Positions 8,692 to 18,319 of a stretch of DNA of 64,000 nucleotides are shown piece after piece; within the stretch, counting starts at the first letter, position 1, and each line of letters begins with the position of its first letter. Under the pieces are notes generated by a model, which worked only from the letters and a program-made list of their open reading frames with translations, ran no database searches and was not told the origin of the DNA. Location of the stretch: NCBI GenBank assembly GCA_047601445.1, contig JASGJH010000001.1, positions 2,976,001-3,040,000 of the forward strand, read 5' to 3'. The position numbers and the translations under genes are program-made. The stretch comes from Myxococcales bacterium. Lineage in GTDB: Bacteria; Myxococcota_A; Polyangia; Polyangiales; DASUME01.

Positions 8692-9726
8692 ATGTCCTTC
8701 ATGAAGTCCGTCGCTTCCTGCACCCTGCTCGTCCTGGCCTCGAGCGGCTGCGCCGACCTCGATGAGTCCGACGTCGGCGAGAACAGCCAGGCCCTCACGG
8801 CCTACGACGTCTACCTCGGCAGCTTCCACGGCCACTCGAACTACTCGGACGGCGACAACCCGCCCCGCGATGTCTTCAACTGGGCCAAGAGCGCCGGGAC
8901 CTTCGACTTCTACATCCTGAGCGACCACGCCGAGCTGCTGACCAACAGCGAGTGGAGCGGCATCGCGAGCCTGGCGGACGAGTTCAACCAGGACGGCGTG
9001 TTCACGGCCATCCGCGCCTTCGAGTACTCGAACCCGCTCAACGGCCACGCCAACGTGTTCAATACCAGCGGGCGCAAGGCCTGGTTCTTGAGCTCCAACA
9101 GCTCCTTCTACGACTGGGTCGATGCCAACAACGGCCTCGGTCAGTTCAACCATCCCGGCGACAACGGCGACTTCAGCAACTACGCCATGGTCGCCAAGGT
9201 CTCGGACAACTTCCGCCTGATGGAGACCGCCAACGGCGGCGACAAGAACCGATCGGGCAAGTACATCGGCTACTACAACTCGTCCCTGGCCAAGGGCTGG
9301 AAGCTCGCGCCCACCGCCAACCTTGACAACCACAGCCTGACCGACTCGGGCATTCGCACGGGCGTCCTCGCCAGCTCGCTGACGCGCGCCGGCGTGCTCG
9401 AGGCGATGCAGGCACGCCGCGTGTTCTCCAGCGACGACCTGTACATCGAAGTGCGCTTCAGCATGGGCAACCACTGGATGGGTGAAGTGGTCAGCCAGCC
9501 TGCCGGCACCGTCACGTTCAACCTGGCGGTCACGAGCGACGAAGTCATCACGAACATGGAGCTCGTCGTGAAGGGCGTCAGCGTGGCTAGCTTCCAGCCC
9601 AACACCGACTTGGCCAACTGGAGCCCTACCCTCAACGTGACCGCCGACACCTACGCTTACGCCAAGGTCACGGAGGCCGACGGTGACGTGTCGCTCTCCG
9701 CGCCCATCTGGATCGACGTCCCCTGA
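8692..9726 (+). CDS. PHP-fold (CehA/McbA-like) metallohydrolase lipoprotein
   Basis: SSG-C lipobox; HGHSNYSDG, SDH, GHAN, FNHP, DNH. Confidence 0.8.
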   Translation: MSFMKSVASCTLLVLASSGCADLDESDVGENSQALTAYDVYLGSFHGHSNYSDGDNPPRDVFNWAKSAGTFDFYILSDHAELLTNSEWSGIASLADEFNQDGVFTAIRAFEYSNPLNGHANVFNTSGRKAWFLSSNSSFYDWVDANNGLGQFNHPGDNGDFSNYAMVAKVSDNFRLMETANGGDKNRSGKYIGYYNSSLAKGWKLAPTANLDNHSLTDSGIRTGVLASSLTRAGVLEAMQARRVFSSDDLYIEVRFSMGNHWMGEVVSQPAGTVTFNLAVTSDEVITNMELVVKGVSVASFQPNTDLANWSPTLNVTADTYAYAKVTEADGDVSLSAPIWIDVP

Positions 9727-9788
9727 GAAAACATCAGCTCCCCGAATCGCATCGTCGAGCGGGGACTGCTGGACGCCGCGGAGCGCGC

Positions 9789-10799
9789 TCAGCTGCGCGC
9801 GGGGTGCCCGATTCCGCGGGTGACCTCGCTCAACATCCCTCGCAACCAGGTGTGCCCGGGTTCCTCCGTGAAGCGCTCGTGCCAGGTCATGTTGACCTGG
9901 TGCACGGAGAGCTTGACCGGCGCGGGCAGCGCCACGAGCTCGAAGTGCTTGGCGCCAAGGTCCGCGAGCGCCGCGGGTGCGGTCAGCACCAGATCGCTGT
10001 GGGCCACGATAGCCAGCGCCGACCCGAAGTGAGGCAAACGCAGCGCGATGCGGCGTGACAATGCGAGCTCCGCCAGCGCGTGGTCGACGGGACCCGGCCC
10101 TTCCCCGCCGGGCGACACCAACACGTGCGGCAGGGCCACGTAGCGCTGCAGGCTGAGCGGCGAGCTCGCGCGAGCGCGGCCTGGCTTCGCGCGCAGCAAC
10201 GGGTGTCCCTTGCGCAGCAGGCAGACCGACTTGTCGCGCAGCAAGGTGCGCTGGCAAAGCCCCGGGGTTCCACCGGCTGAAGCGTCGCCCGGCGGCCCCA
10301 TGCGCGGCACCACGGCGAGATCGAGCTCGCCGGCCTCGAGCTGTTGGCCCAGCGCACGCGGGTTCACGGGCAGCACCTTCAGATCGACACCGGGGGCGTG
10401 CGTGCCCATGCGCGCGAGCAATCGCGGCAGCACCAACATGTCGAACACGTCGGGCGTGGCCAACGCGAAGGCGCGTCGAGAACGGGTGGCGTCGAAGGGA
10501 TCGGGCTGGGCCAACGCGCGTCCCAGCAGCGTGAAGGCGGCGCGTACCGGGGCGATCAAGCTCTCGGCGCGCGGCGTGAGCACCATCCCGGCGAGTCCGC
10601 GCACGAGCAAGGGATCGCCGAACAGCTCGCGCAGGCGCCGCAACTGGTGGCTGATGGCCGACTGGGTAACGCCCATACGTTCGGCGGCGCGGGTCACGCT
10701 GCGTTCACGCGTCAGGGCGTCGAAGACCAGCAGGAGGTTGAGGTCGATCTGGGAAAGGTCGAGCTCTTTGGGATCTCCATGAGCATGAATCGTACTCAT
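9789..10799 (-). CDS. LysR-family transcriptional regulator
   Basis: DLNLLLVFDAL..ERSVTRAAERMGVTQSAISHQLRRLR. Confidence 0.92.
   Translation of the reverse strand: MSTIHAHGDPKELDLSQIDLNLLLVFDALTRERSVTRAAERMGVTQSAISHQLRRLRELFGDPLLVRGLAGMVLTPRAESLIAPVRAAFTLLGRALAQPDPFDATRSRRAFALATPDVFDMLVLPRLLARMGTHAPGVDLKVLPVNPRALGQQLEAGELDLAVVPRMGPPGDASAGGTPGLCQRTLLRDKSVCLLRKGHPLLRAKPGRARASSPLSLQRYVALPHVLVSPGGEGPGPVDHALAELALSRRIALRLPHFGSALAIVAHSDLVLTAPAALADLGAKHFELVALPAPVKLSVHQVNMTWHERFTEEPGHTWLRGMLSEVTRGIGHPARS
10785..10799. promoter_or_regulatory. Candidate LysR recognition box
   Basis: ATGA-N7-TCAT palindrome (T-N11-A) at the lysR start, facing the divergent oxidoreductase. Confidence 0.5.
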
Positions 10800-10891
10800 G
10801 CAGTCATTACTACACATCCGTTGATTCATGGCCAGGAGAGGCCCAAGGTCGAGTCGTGGGAGCCGCGAAGGGCTCTCGAGAGGAGGCAGCC

Positions 10892-11563
10892 ATGAAGGTC
10901 TTGGTGGTGGGCGCCACGGGCGGCTCGGGCCGCGCAGCGGTGGCTCAGTTGCTGGCGCAGGGACACGAAGTGACGGCGTTTTGTAGAGCACACAACGCGG
11001 GGTTCCAGCCCTCGCCGCGACTCACCTGCGTGAGCGGCGACGCCACGGACGCCGCGAGCGTAGAGCACGCCGTGATGGGACAGGACGCGGTGGTGGTGAC
11101 CTTGGGCATCACCGAGAACCCCTTTCGGGTGCGGCTGTGGGGGCCGGCTCGGACGCCCCTCGACGTACGCTCCAGGGGCACGCGCAACGTGATCGCTGCC
11201 ATGCGGCGCCACGGCGTGCGCAAGCTCGTGGTACAGACCAGCTACGGTGTGGGCGCGACGCGCGAGCTGCTCGGGACGCTGGACCGCCTGTTCTTCGAGC
11301 TCGTGTTGAAGCCGCAGATCGCGGACACCGAGCTGCAAGATCACGAGGTGAGCCAGAGTGACCTCGACTGGGTGCTCGTACAGCCCGTGCACCTCACGGA
11401 CGAGGAGCACGGCGAGATGCCCTTCGTGTCCCCGCGCGGGGAGACGGCGCAGATGAAAGTCTCGCGGCGCAGCGTGGGGCGTCTGTTGGCGCGGGCAGTC
11501 GACGATCCGAGCCTGGTGCGAACCTCCCTTTCGGTGTCGGGCGCGCGCGCGGCCAGCGCTTGA
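10892..11563 (+). CDS. NAD(P)H-binding atypical SDR (flavin reductase-like)
   Basis: VLVVGATGGSG; GDATD; SDLDWVLVQP; AGGAGG SD. Confidence 0.88.
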   Translation: MKVLVVGATGGSGRAAVAQLLAQGHEVTAFCRAHNAGFQPSPRLTCVSGDATDAASVEHAVMGQDAVVVTLGITENPFRVRLWGPARTPLDVRSRGTRNVIAAMRRHGVRKLVVQTSYGVGATRELLGTLDRLFFELVLKPQIADTELQDHEVSQSDLDWVLVQPVHLTDEEHGEMPFVSPRGETAQMKVSRRSVGRLLARAVDDPSLVRTSLSVSGARAASA

Positions 11564-11757
11564 GGGGGACGCGACGGGTGCTCACGTGGAGGGCCGAGAG
11601 CAGTGTTCTGGCTCGCAGATTTCGACGGTGCGCGGCGTCGGGGAAGCGCGGAGGAAGTGCGACAGCCTTGAGATCGCTCACGTGAGCGAAGGGACTCCCC
11701 CGGTCACCCCGCGCACGGCGCTTGAACTCTCTCACCGCAGCCTCGACGATCGGCTAG

Positions 11758-12984
11758 TTGTACGCGAACTCCCCCAAGTTTCTTAGCGGCACTCTCGCAG
11801 GAGCCCTGCTGTGCGTAGGGGCATCGTCCGCCTGCGGACGCGTGGGCCTCGAGCTCATGCCCATCGAGAAGAGCCGCGATGCAGGCGACGACCTCACGGA
11901 TAGCGGCGGCGGCGGCGACGGCGATGACCCGGAGCCATGCGTGGCCATCTCGGACAGCGACGCGACCTGCGACGGCGTGGACGACGACTGCGACGGCACG
12001 CGCGACGAAGACTACGCCGTAGCGGACACGAGTCCGTGTGGCGTGGGTTCCTGTCGCGACCGTAGCGTGGTCGCGCACTGCGACGTCGGCGGGCTGCTCG
12101 CGTGTCAGCCGGGCGCTCCGCTCGCCGCGAATGACGCCACGGCCGACGGCGTCGACGACGACTGTGATGGCGCCGTCGACGAGGACACCTGCATGGCCCG
12201 CAGCGAGACCTACGGCGCGGGTTCGCACGTGCTCGCGCGTGGCGGCTGCGGGACCCTCAGCGTGAAGCTCTGGGGCGCGGCGGGCTCCTCGGGCGAGAAA
12301 GGTGGCAACTGGGGCCTCGGCATCAACAACGGCGCAGGTGGCGCGGGCGGCTTCGTGCAAGGCACGTTCTCGGTGGCCTCGGTCGGTACGCTGCGACTCG
12401 ACGTGGGCCAGGGTGGCCAGGGCTGCACGGCCGCGGGCACCAACGCCAACCCGGCGTACGCGGGCGGCGCGGGCGGATCCGCGCACAACGATCCGGGCGC
12501 ACCCGGCGCGGATGGAACCGTGGCTGGTGCGGCGGGTGGTGACGCCAACCCGGGTGGAGATGGCGCGCAAGGATTCTTCGGCGGCGGCGGTGGTGGTGCC
12601 GGCGCCACGCCGCCGTGGGACGGGCCCTATGGCAAGGGCGGAGGCGGCGGCGCAGCCTCGGTGCTCACCCTCGACGCTCAGCGCGTGATCGCGGGCGGCG
12701 GTGGTGGTGGTGGCGGTGTCGGCGCGGACGTGACGACGGCGGGTCACTCGGGCGGTGCCGGTGGTTCCGGCTGCGGTGGCGCAGGTACGGTCGCCGACAA
12801 TACGGGCGGCGGCGGTGGCGGAGGCGGCGTGTGTCAGGGCGGATCGGCGACCCAAGTCGGCACTGGACGCGTGCCCTTCGATCCGGCCGCGGAGCTCCCG
12901 GCGGGCGCGGCGCTCGGGGGTGACACCTCCGCGGAATGCATGGCCGGCGGCGACGGCTGGGCCATCGTCACCTACGGTCCGTGA
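11758..12984 (+). CDS. Lipoprotein with two DGVDDDCDG repeats and a glycine-rich domain
   Basis: SSA-CGRVG lipobox; CDGVDDDCDG and ADGVDDDCDG; VKLWGAAG..GGAGG..VGQGG..IAGGGGGGGG; start codon uncertain. Confidence 0.75.
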   Translation: MYANSPKFLSGTLAGALLCVGASSACGRVGLELMPIEKSRDAGDDLTDSGGGGDGDDPEPCVAISDSDATCDGVDDDCDGTRDEDYAVADTSPCGVGSCRDRSVVAHCDVGGLLACQPGAPLAANDATADGVDDDCDGAVDEDTCMARSETYGAGSHVLARGGCGTLSVKLWGAAGSSGEKGGNWGLGINNGAGGAGGFVQGTFSVASVGTLRLDVGQGGQGCTAAGTNANPAYAGGAGGSAHNDPGAPGADGTVAGAAGGDANPGGDGAQGFFGGGGGGAGATPPWDGPYGKGGGGGAASVLTLDAQRVIAGGGGGGGGVGADVTTAGHSGGAGGSGCGGAGTVADNTGGGGGGGGVCQGGSATQVGTGRVPFDPAAELPAGAALGGDTSAECMAGGDGWAIVTYGP

Positions 12985-13008
12985 GGCGCCGGGGCTATCC
13001 TGGCCGAG

Positions 13009-13449
13009 ATGGCTAGCCCCAAGTTCGCCTCCGTCGACGAGTACATCGCGGCCCTTCCCGAGGCTGCGCGCCCCGTGCTCGAGCGCGTGCGAGCGATCAT
13101 CCGCAGGGCGTTGCCTCGAGCCGAGGAATCGATCTCGTACAACATGCCGACCTACAAGCTCGGGGCGGTCGCCGTGATCTACTTCGCGGGCTGGAAGCGA
13201 CACTACTCGCTGTATCCCGTGAACGAGCAGGTGGCGTCGGCGTGCGGAGTCGATCTCGAACGTTACAGCCTCGAGAAGGGGACTCTGCGCTTGCCGCTCG
13301 ACGAACCCGTTCCCGCCAAGCTGATCGCCAGCATCAGCAAGCTGTTGGCCACCAGGGACGCGCCAAAGGCATCGACCTCCGCGCTCCGCCCGACGAGCGC
13401 TGCGAAGGCGAGTGCCGCCCCTCGGACGCGATCGCGCGCCGCGCGCTGA
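13009..13449 (+). CDS. DUF1801/YdhG-like protein
   Basis: SVDEYIAALP..AEESISYNMPTY..FAGWKRHYSLYP..KGTLRLP. Confidence 0.88.
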   Translation: MASPKFASVDEYIAALPEAARPVLERVRAIIRRALPRAEESISYNMPTYKLGAVAVIYFAGWKRHYSLYPVNEQVASACGVDLERYSLEKGTLRLPLDEPVPAKLIASISKLLATRDAPKASTSALRPTSAAKASAAPRTRSRAAR

Positions 13450-13499
13450 TCACGCAAGCCCTGCGTTCGCTGCGCGTGATGCGATCGCCTCGGCGAAGC

Positions 13500-13516
13500 A
13501 TCGACGCTCGATATAT
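13500..13516. promoter_or_regulatory. Candidate operator upstream of the nitrate reductase operon
   Basis: ATCG-N5-CGATATAT dyad in an AT-rich patch. Confidence 0.35.
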
Positions 13517-13579
13517 TTACCGAAAGCAGATGACTCGGACATCGAGCGGAAACGCAGTCCCGCTAGCGTTCGAAGGTCT

Positions 13580-15715
13580 ATGGCAAGCGTCCAGCACAAG
13601 CTTCGTGTGGTTGCCTCCGAAGCGACCAAGACGCACTGCCCGTACTGTGCCTTCCAGTGCGGCATGACCGTCACGGCCCACCAGGCCGATGAACGCACAT
13701 TGGCTATTCGGGCTGACCCGGACTTCCCGGTGAACCGCGGCCAGATGTGCATCAAGGGCTTCACCTCGGCCGCCCTGCTCGATCACCCGGCGCGCCTGCG
13801 CAGCCCCAAGCTGCGCTCGCGTGACGGTCGGCTCGTCCCCGCGTCGTGGGATGCCGCGCTCGACTTCGTGGCCGAGCGCCTCGAGCAGATTCGGGCCGAG
13901 CACGGGTCGCAGGCGCTGGGGGCGTTCGGTAGTGGCGCGCTCACCAATGAGAAGGTCTACCTGCTCGGCAAGTTCGTGCGGCTCGTGCTGCGCTCGCCGA
14001 ACATCGACTACAACGGTCGCTACTGCATGGCTTCCGCCGCGGCGGGACAGAACAAGGCGTTCGGCATCGACCGCGGCCTCCCCTTCCCGGTCAGCGACAT
14101 CGCCGAGACCAAGGCCCTGATGCTGTGGGGCTCGAACTGCGCCGAGACCATGCCGCCCATCATGCAGTGGGTCTCGGAGCAGCGCAGCCGCGGTGGCAAG
14201 CTCATCGTGGTCGACCCGCGCCACACCGATACCGCACGCGCCGCTGCCCTCCATCTCCAGCTCACCCCGGGTACCGACCTCGCCCTGGCCAACGGCCTGT
14301 TGCACCTGGCCATCGAAGAGAAGCTGATCGACCTCGCCTATGTCGAGCAGCGCACCGAAGACTTCGACGAGGTCCGGCGCAGCGTGTTGACTACCCACCC
14401 GGCCCACGTCGAGCGCATCACCGGCGTGTCCATCGAGCAGCAGATCGCGGCCGTGAAGCTGCTGGCGGAGGCCGAGAGCAGCATGATCCTCAGCGGTCGA
14501 GGCGCCGAGCAGCAGTCGAAGGGTTCCGACACGGTCCTCGCGCTCATCAACCTGATGTTGGCGATGGGGCGCGTGGGCAAGCCCTTTAGCGGCTACGGCT
14601 GCCTCACGGGCCAGGGCAACGGCCAAGGCGGGCGTGAGCATGGACAAAAGGCGGATCAACTTCCCGGCTACCGGCTCATCGACAACCCCGAGCACCGCGC
14701 CCAGATGGCGCGCTACTGGGGCGTCGAGCCCGAGGCGCTCCCCGGCAAGGGCAAGAGTGCCTACGAGCTGCTCGATTCGCTGGGCCCGGAAGGTGGCATC
14801 CGCTCCCTGCTGGTGTTCGGGTCCAACGTGGCGGTGGCCTCCCCCCATGCCTCCAACATCGTGAAGAAGCTGCGCGCCCTGGACCTGCTCGTGGTGTGCG
14901 ACGCCTTCGAGAACGAAACCTGCGAAGACGCGCACGTGGTCTTGCCGGTGGCGCAGTGGGCCGAGGAGGAAGGCACCATGACCAACCTCGAGGGGCGCGT
15001 GATCTTGAGGCAGCGGGTGCAGGCTCCCCCGCGCGGGGTGAAGACCGACATCGAAGTGATGGGCGAGCTCGCGACTCGGCTCGGGCACACGCGCGGCTTC
15101 CGCTTCGGCTCCACGCTCGAAGTCTTCGACGAGTTTCGCCGGGCGACCGCAGGAGCCAAGGCCGACTACAGCGGCATCACGTACGCCAAGCTGCGCGAGA
15201 ACCAGGGCGTGTTCTGGCCCTGTCCGAGCGAGGATCACCCGGGCACTCCGCGCATCTTCGGCGAGCGCTTCGCCCACCCCTCCGGACGCGCGCGCTTTCA
15301 CGCCGTACCCTACCGCTTGGCGGCCGAGGTGCCGGACGCCGAGTACCCGCTCTACTTCACCACCGGTCGCTACAAGGAACACTACAACTCGGGCGCCCAG
15401 ACCCGCCGTGTGGCGGCGCTCGCGGACGCCAAACCCGAGCCGCGCGTGCAAGTGCACCCGCTGTTGGCGGAACGACTCGGCGTCGCCGAGGGGGATCACC
15501 TGCTGGTGGAGAGTCGGCGCGGCGCCGTCTCCTTTCGCGTGGCCGTGTCGGGCGACATCCGCACCGACACGCTGTTCGCGCCGTTTCATTGGGGCGGCAA
15601 GCAGGCCGCCAACGTCCTGACCATTCCCGCTCTGGATCCGGTGAGCCGGATGCCGGAGTTCAAAATCTGCGCGGTGAGAGCACGCGCTGCGAACGACGGA
15701 AGCAGCAGAGGCTGA
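13580..15715 (+). CDS. nasA: Assimilatory nitrate reductase catalytic subunit (molybdopterin oxidoreductase)
   Basis: HCPYCAFQCG..CIKG 4Fe-4S motif; NIDYNGRYCMASA; LTGQGNGQGGRE; DPVSRMPEFKICAV. Confidence 0.85.
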   Translation: MASVQHKLRVVASEATKTHCPYCAFQCGMTVTAHQADERTLAIRADPDFPVNRGQMCIKGFTSAALLDHPARLRSPKLRSRDGRLVPASWDAALDFVAERLEQIRAEHGSQALGAFGSGALTNEKVYLLGKFVRLVLRSPNIDYNGRYCMASAAAGQNKAFGIDRGLPFPVSDIAETKALMLWGSNCAETMPPIMQWVSEQRSRGGKLIVVDPRHTDTARAAALHLQLTPGTDLALANGLLHLAIEEKLIDLAYVEQRTEDFDEVRRSVLTTHPAHVERITGVSIEQQIAAVKLLAEAESSMILSGRGAEQQSKGSDTVLALINLMLAMGRVGKPFSGYGCLTGQGNGQGGREHGQKADQLPGYRLIDNPEHRAQMARYWGVEPEALPGKGKSAYELLDSLGPEGGIRSLLVFGSNVAVASPHASNIVKKLRALDLLVVCDAFENETCEDAHVVLPVAQWAEEEGTMTNLEGRVILRQRVQAPPRGVKTDIEVMGELATRLGHTRGFRFGSTLEVFDEFRRATAGAKADYSGITYAKLRENQGVFWPCPSEDHPGTPRIFGERFAHPSGRARFHAVPYRLAAEVPDAEYPLYFTTGRYKEHYNSGAQTRRVAALADAKPEPRVQVHPLLAERLGVAEGDHLLVESRRGAVSFRVAVSGDIRTDTLFAPFHWGGKQAANVLTIPALDPVSRMPEFKICAVRARAANDGSSRG

Positions 15716-15717
15716 TC

Positions 15718-17157
15718 ATGTCCAGGAAGAAACTCGCGATCATTGGCAACGGGATGGGTACGTGTCGCCTGCTCGACGAGCTGGTCGCGCGCAACGCCCA
15801 CAACCTTTACGAGATCACCGTGTATGGCGACGAGCCAGGCGGAGCCTACAACCGCATCCAGCTCGGCAAGGTGTTAGCCGGCGAGGCGCCCACGAGCATC
15901 GTGACCAAGCCGCCCGAGTGGTACGACCGCCACGGCATGCGCCTGCTCACGAGCACGCGGGTCAAGAAGATCGACATTCGGCGCAAGGAGGTTCTCACGG
16001 AGGACGGCCAGGGACGCCGCTACGACCTCGCGGTGCTGGCCACCGGCAGCCAGCCCCTGGTGCCCCCGCTCGAGGGCATGCAGGACGAGACTGGCGAGAT
16101 GCGTCCGGGTTGCTTCGTGTACCGCACCATCGGTGACTGCATGCGCATGCGCGCCTACTCGCGCCCGGGCGACAGCGTGGTGGTGGTCGGCGGCGGCCTG
16201 CTCGGGCTCGAAGCCGCCAAGGTGCTCTCGGACCGCGGTCTGCACGTGACCGTGGTGCACGTGGCGAAGCACCTGATGAATCAACAGCTGGATGGCATCG
16301 CTGGCGAGATGTTGGCGCGTCAGATCGAGCGCAACGGCATCTTCGTGCGCACGGGCCGCACCGTGGAAGCGATGTACGGCGGTGACGAGCGCATCGAGGG
16401 CGTCATCCTCGACGACGGCACCAGCTTGCCAGCCGACATGGTGGTGCTGGCCTGCGGCGTGCGGCCGCGGATCGAGGTGGCGCGCGAGTCGGGACTGCCC
16501 GTGAACAAGGGCATCATCGTCAACGACACCTTGGCCACCCAGGTCCCCGCGGTCTACGCGTTCGGCGAGTGCGCCGAGCACAAGGGCAAGATCTACGGCA
16601 TCGTGAGCCCCGTTTGGGAGCAGGCGGTGGTGCTGGCCGACGTGCTGAGTGGCGCCAAGACCCAGTCGCGCTACCGCGGCTCCAAGCTCTACACGCGCCT
16701 CAAGGTGGCCGGGGTCGACGTGGCATCCATGGGCAGCCTCGAGCCCGAGCTCGAGAGCGACGAGGTCTTCCAGGTCATCGAGGAGCGCAAGAGCGCCTAC
16801 CGCAAGCTGATCACGCGCGAAGGCCGCCTGGTGGGTGCCATGTTGGTGGGCAACACGGCGGCCACTGCGACCCTCGTGCAGCTCTTCGATCGCGACGACC
16901 CGCTGCCGAGCGATCCCCTCGAGGCGTTGTGTCAGGTGCGCTCCGGGGCCTGCAGCACGGCCGATCGCACCATCTGCAACTGCCACAAGGTCAGTGAAAG
17001 CCGCTTGCGCGAAGCCGCGGAGAACGGCGCCGACTCGGTGGCCGCGCTGGGTGCGGTCACCAAGGCCGGCACCGGCTGCGGCTCGTGCAAGACCGATCTG
17101 GAGCAGATCATCACCTCCCTGCGCAAACCGGCCCCGGCCCTGGAAGCCGCGAGCTGA
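15718..17157 (+). CDS. NAD(P)H/FAD electron-transfer subunit with one BFD-like [2Fe-2S] domain (NirB N-terminal-like, no siroheme domain)
   Basis: IIGNGM, YNRI, ATGS, VVGGGLLGLEAA, GECAEH, TRLKVAGV, ICNCHKV..GTGCGSC then stop. Confidence 0.85.
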   Translation: MSRKKLAIIGNGMGTCRLLDELVARNAHNLYEITVYGDEPGGAYNRIQLGKVLAGEAPTSIVTKPPEWYDRHGMRLLTSTRVKKIDIRRKEVLTEDGQGRRYDLAVLATGSQPLVPPLEGMQDETGEMRPGCFVYRTIGDCMRMRAYSRPGDSVVVVGGGLLGLEAAKVLSDRGLHVTVVHVAKHLMNQQLDGIAGEMLARQIERNGIFVRTGRTVEAMYGGDERIEGVILDDGTSLPADMVVLACGVRPRIEVARESGLPVNKGIIVNDTLATQVPAVYAFGECAEHKGKIYGIVSPVWEQAVVLADVLSGAKTQSRYRGSKLYTRLKVAGVDVASMGSLEPELESDEVFQVIEERKSAYRKLITREGRLVGAMLVGNTAATATLVQLFDRDDPLPSDPLEALCQVRSGACSTADRTICNCHKVSESRLREAAENGADSVAALGAVTKAGTGCGSCKTDLEQIITSLRKPAPALEAAS

Positions 17158-17171
17158 ATCGAGGATCGACC

Positions 17172-17600
17172 TTGTCGAAGATCGCGCTTTCGGACTATCG
17201 CCTGCTGGCCTCCTTTCGCTACGAGGTGCGCAGATTCCTGGCGTTCAGCGAGCAGGCGGCGCGCAGCGCGGGCATCGAGCCGCAGCAGCACCAGCTCCTG
17301 CTCGCGTTGCGCGGACTCCCCGAAGGGCTGCGACCCACCATCGGCACCATGGCCGAGCGGCTCTCGGTGCAGCACCACACGGCCGTCGCACTGGTGGACA
17401 AGCTCGAAGAGCGCGGGCTCTTGCAGCGCGAACGTAGTTCCGAAGACAAGCGCGAGGTACTCCTCAGGCTCACGCCCGAAGGGGAAGCCCTGTTGCGCAA
17501 GTTGTCGACGATGCACCGCGAGCAGCTGGGCGTCGCCGGGCCCGCCATGGTGAGCGCCCTCCAGGCCATCCTCGACCACCACGCGGAGAGCGACGAGTAG
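17172..17600 (+). CDS. MarR-family regulator
   Basis: FRYEVRRFLAFSE..QQHQLLL..QHHTAVALVDKLE..DKREV.LRLTPEG; TTG start after GAGG. Confidence 0.85.
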   Translation: MSKIALSDYRLLASFRYEVRRFLAFSEQAARSAGIEPQQHQLLLALRGLPEGLRPTIGTMAERLSVQHHTAVALVDKLEERGLLQRERSSEDKREVLLRLTPEGEALLRKLSTMHREQLGVAGPAMVSALQAILDHHAESDE

Positions 17601-17843
17601 GTTCACGTCGCGCGGGCGGGGCGCTTGCCCCCGGGCGAGCGCTTGGCGCGCGCTGTGGCCGATTTGTGGCCGCGATCGAGCGGCGATTGTCCGCCCCGGG
17701 TCGTCGCGGGCTAGCCTGTCGCGTGCCCCCAGCGCGGACTACCTTCGACGTGCCGGTACGCTTGCGTCGGGCGGGCGGCACGCGACCAGGGCGTGAGGAC
17801 CTGGGTGCTAAGGTGAGCACCCGAAAGAAAAATTCGCGGGGCA

Positions 17844-17870
17844 TGTCGAGCGCCGGCCGCGGGCTCCGAC
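17844..17870 (+). promoter_or_regulatory. ECF42-type promoter
   Basis: TGTCGA-N17-CGAC with upstream A-tract; same arrangement at 31807. Confidence 0.7.
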
Positions 17871-17923
17871 CTACCCATGAAAGCGCCAATCAGGGCGCCC
17901 ATCGAGTCGAGAGGAACGGACCC

Positions 17924-18316
17924 ATGAAGTTCATCATGATGATGCATGCACCGCGCGGAAACGGGGAGTACGGAGTGGCGGCCTGGGCTCGCGAAGACCT
18001 CAAGGCCCACATCGAGTTCATGAAGGAGTTCGCGCGCACCTTGAAGGAGGCGGGCCAGCTGGTCGCGGCCGAGGGCCTGGCTCCCCCTGGAGACGCACGC
18101 GTCGTGCGCGCAGGCCAGGGCGAGACCCCCGAGGTCACCGACGGCCCCTTCGCCGAGTCGAAGGAGTTCCTGGCGGGCTACTGGATCGTGGAAGTCGAGA
18201 GCGCCGAGCAGGCCTACGCGTTGGCCGGCCGCGCCTCCGCGGCACCGGGCCCGGGTGGCAAGCCGATGCGGATCGCCATCGAGGTACGCCAGGTCATGAG
18301 CGCCCCGTCGGTCTGA
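17924..18316 (+). CDS. YciI/DGPF family protein
   Basis: VTDGPFAESKEFLAGYW. Confidence 0.92.
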   Translation: MKFIMMMHAPRGNGEYGVAAWAREDLKAHIEFMKEFARTLKEAGQLVAAEGLAPPGDARVVRAGQGETPEVTDGPFAESKEFLAGYWIVEVESAEQAYALAGRASAAPGPGGKPMRIAIEVRQVMSAPSV

Positions 18317-18319
18317 CGC

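Noticed and set aside
15718..17157. Calling this gene nirB
   Set aside because: Ends after the BFD domain; no siroheme/4Fe-4S nitrite reductase domain
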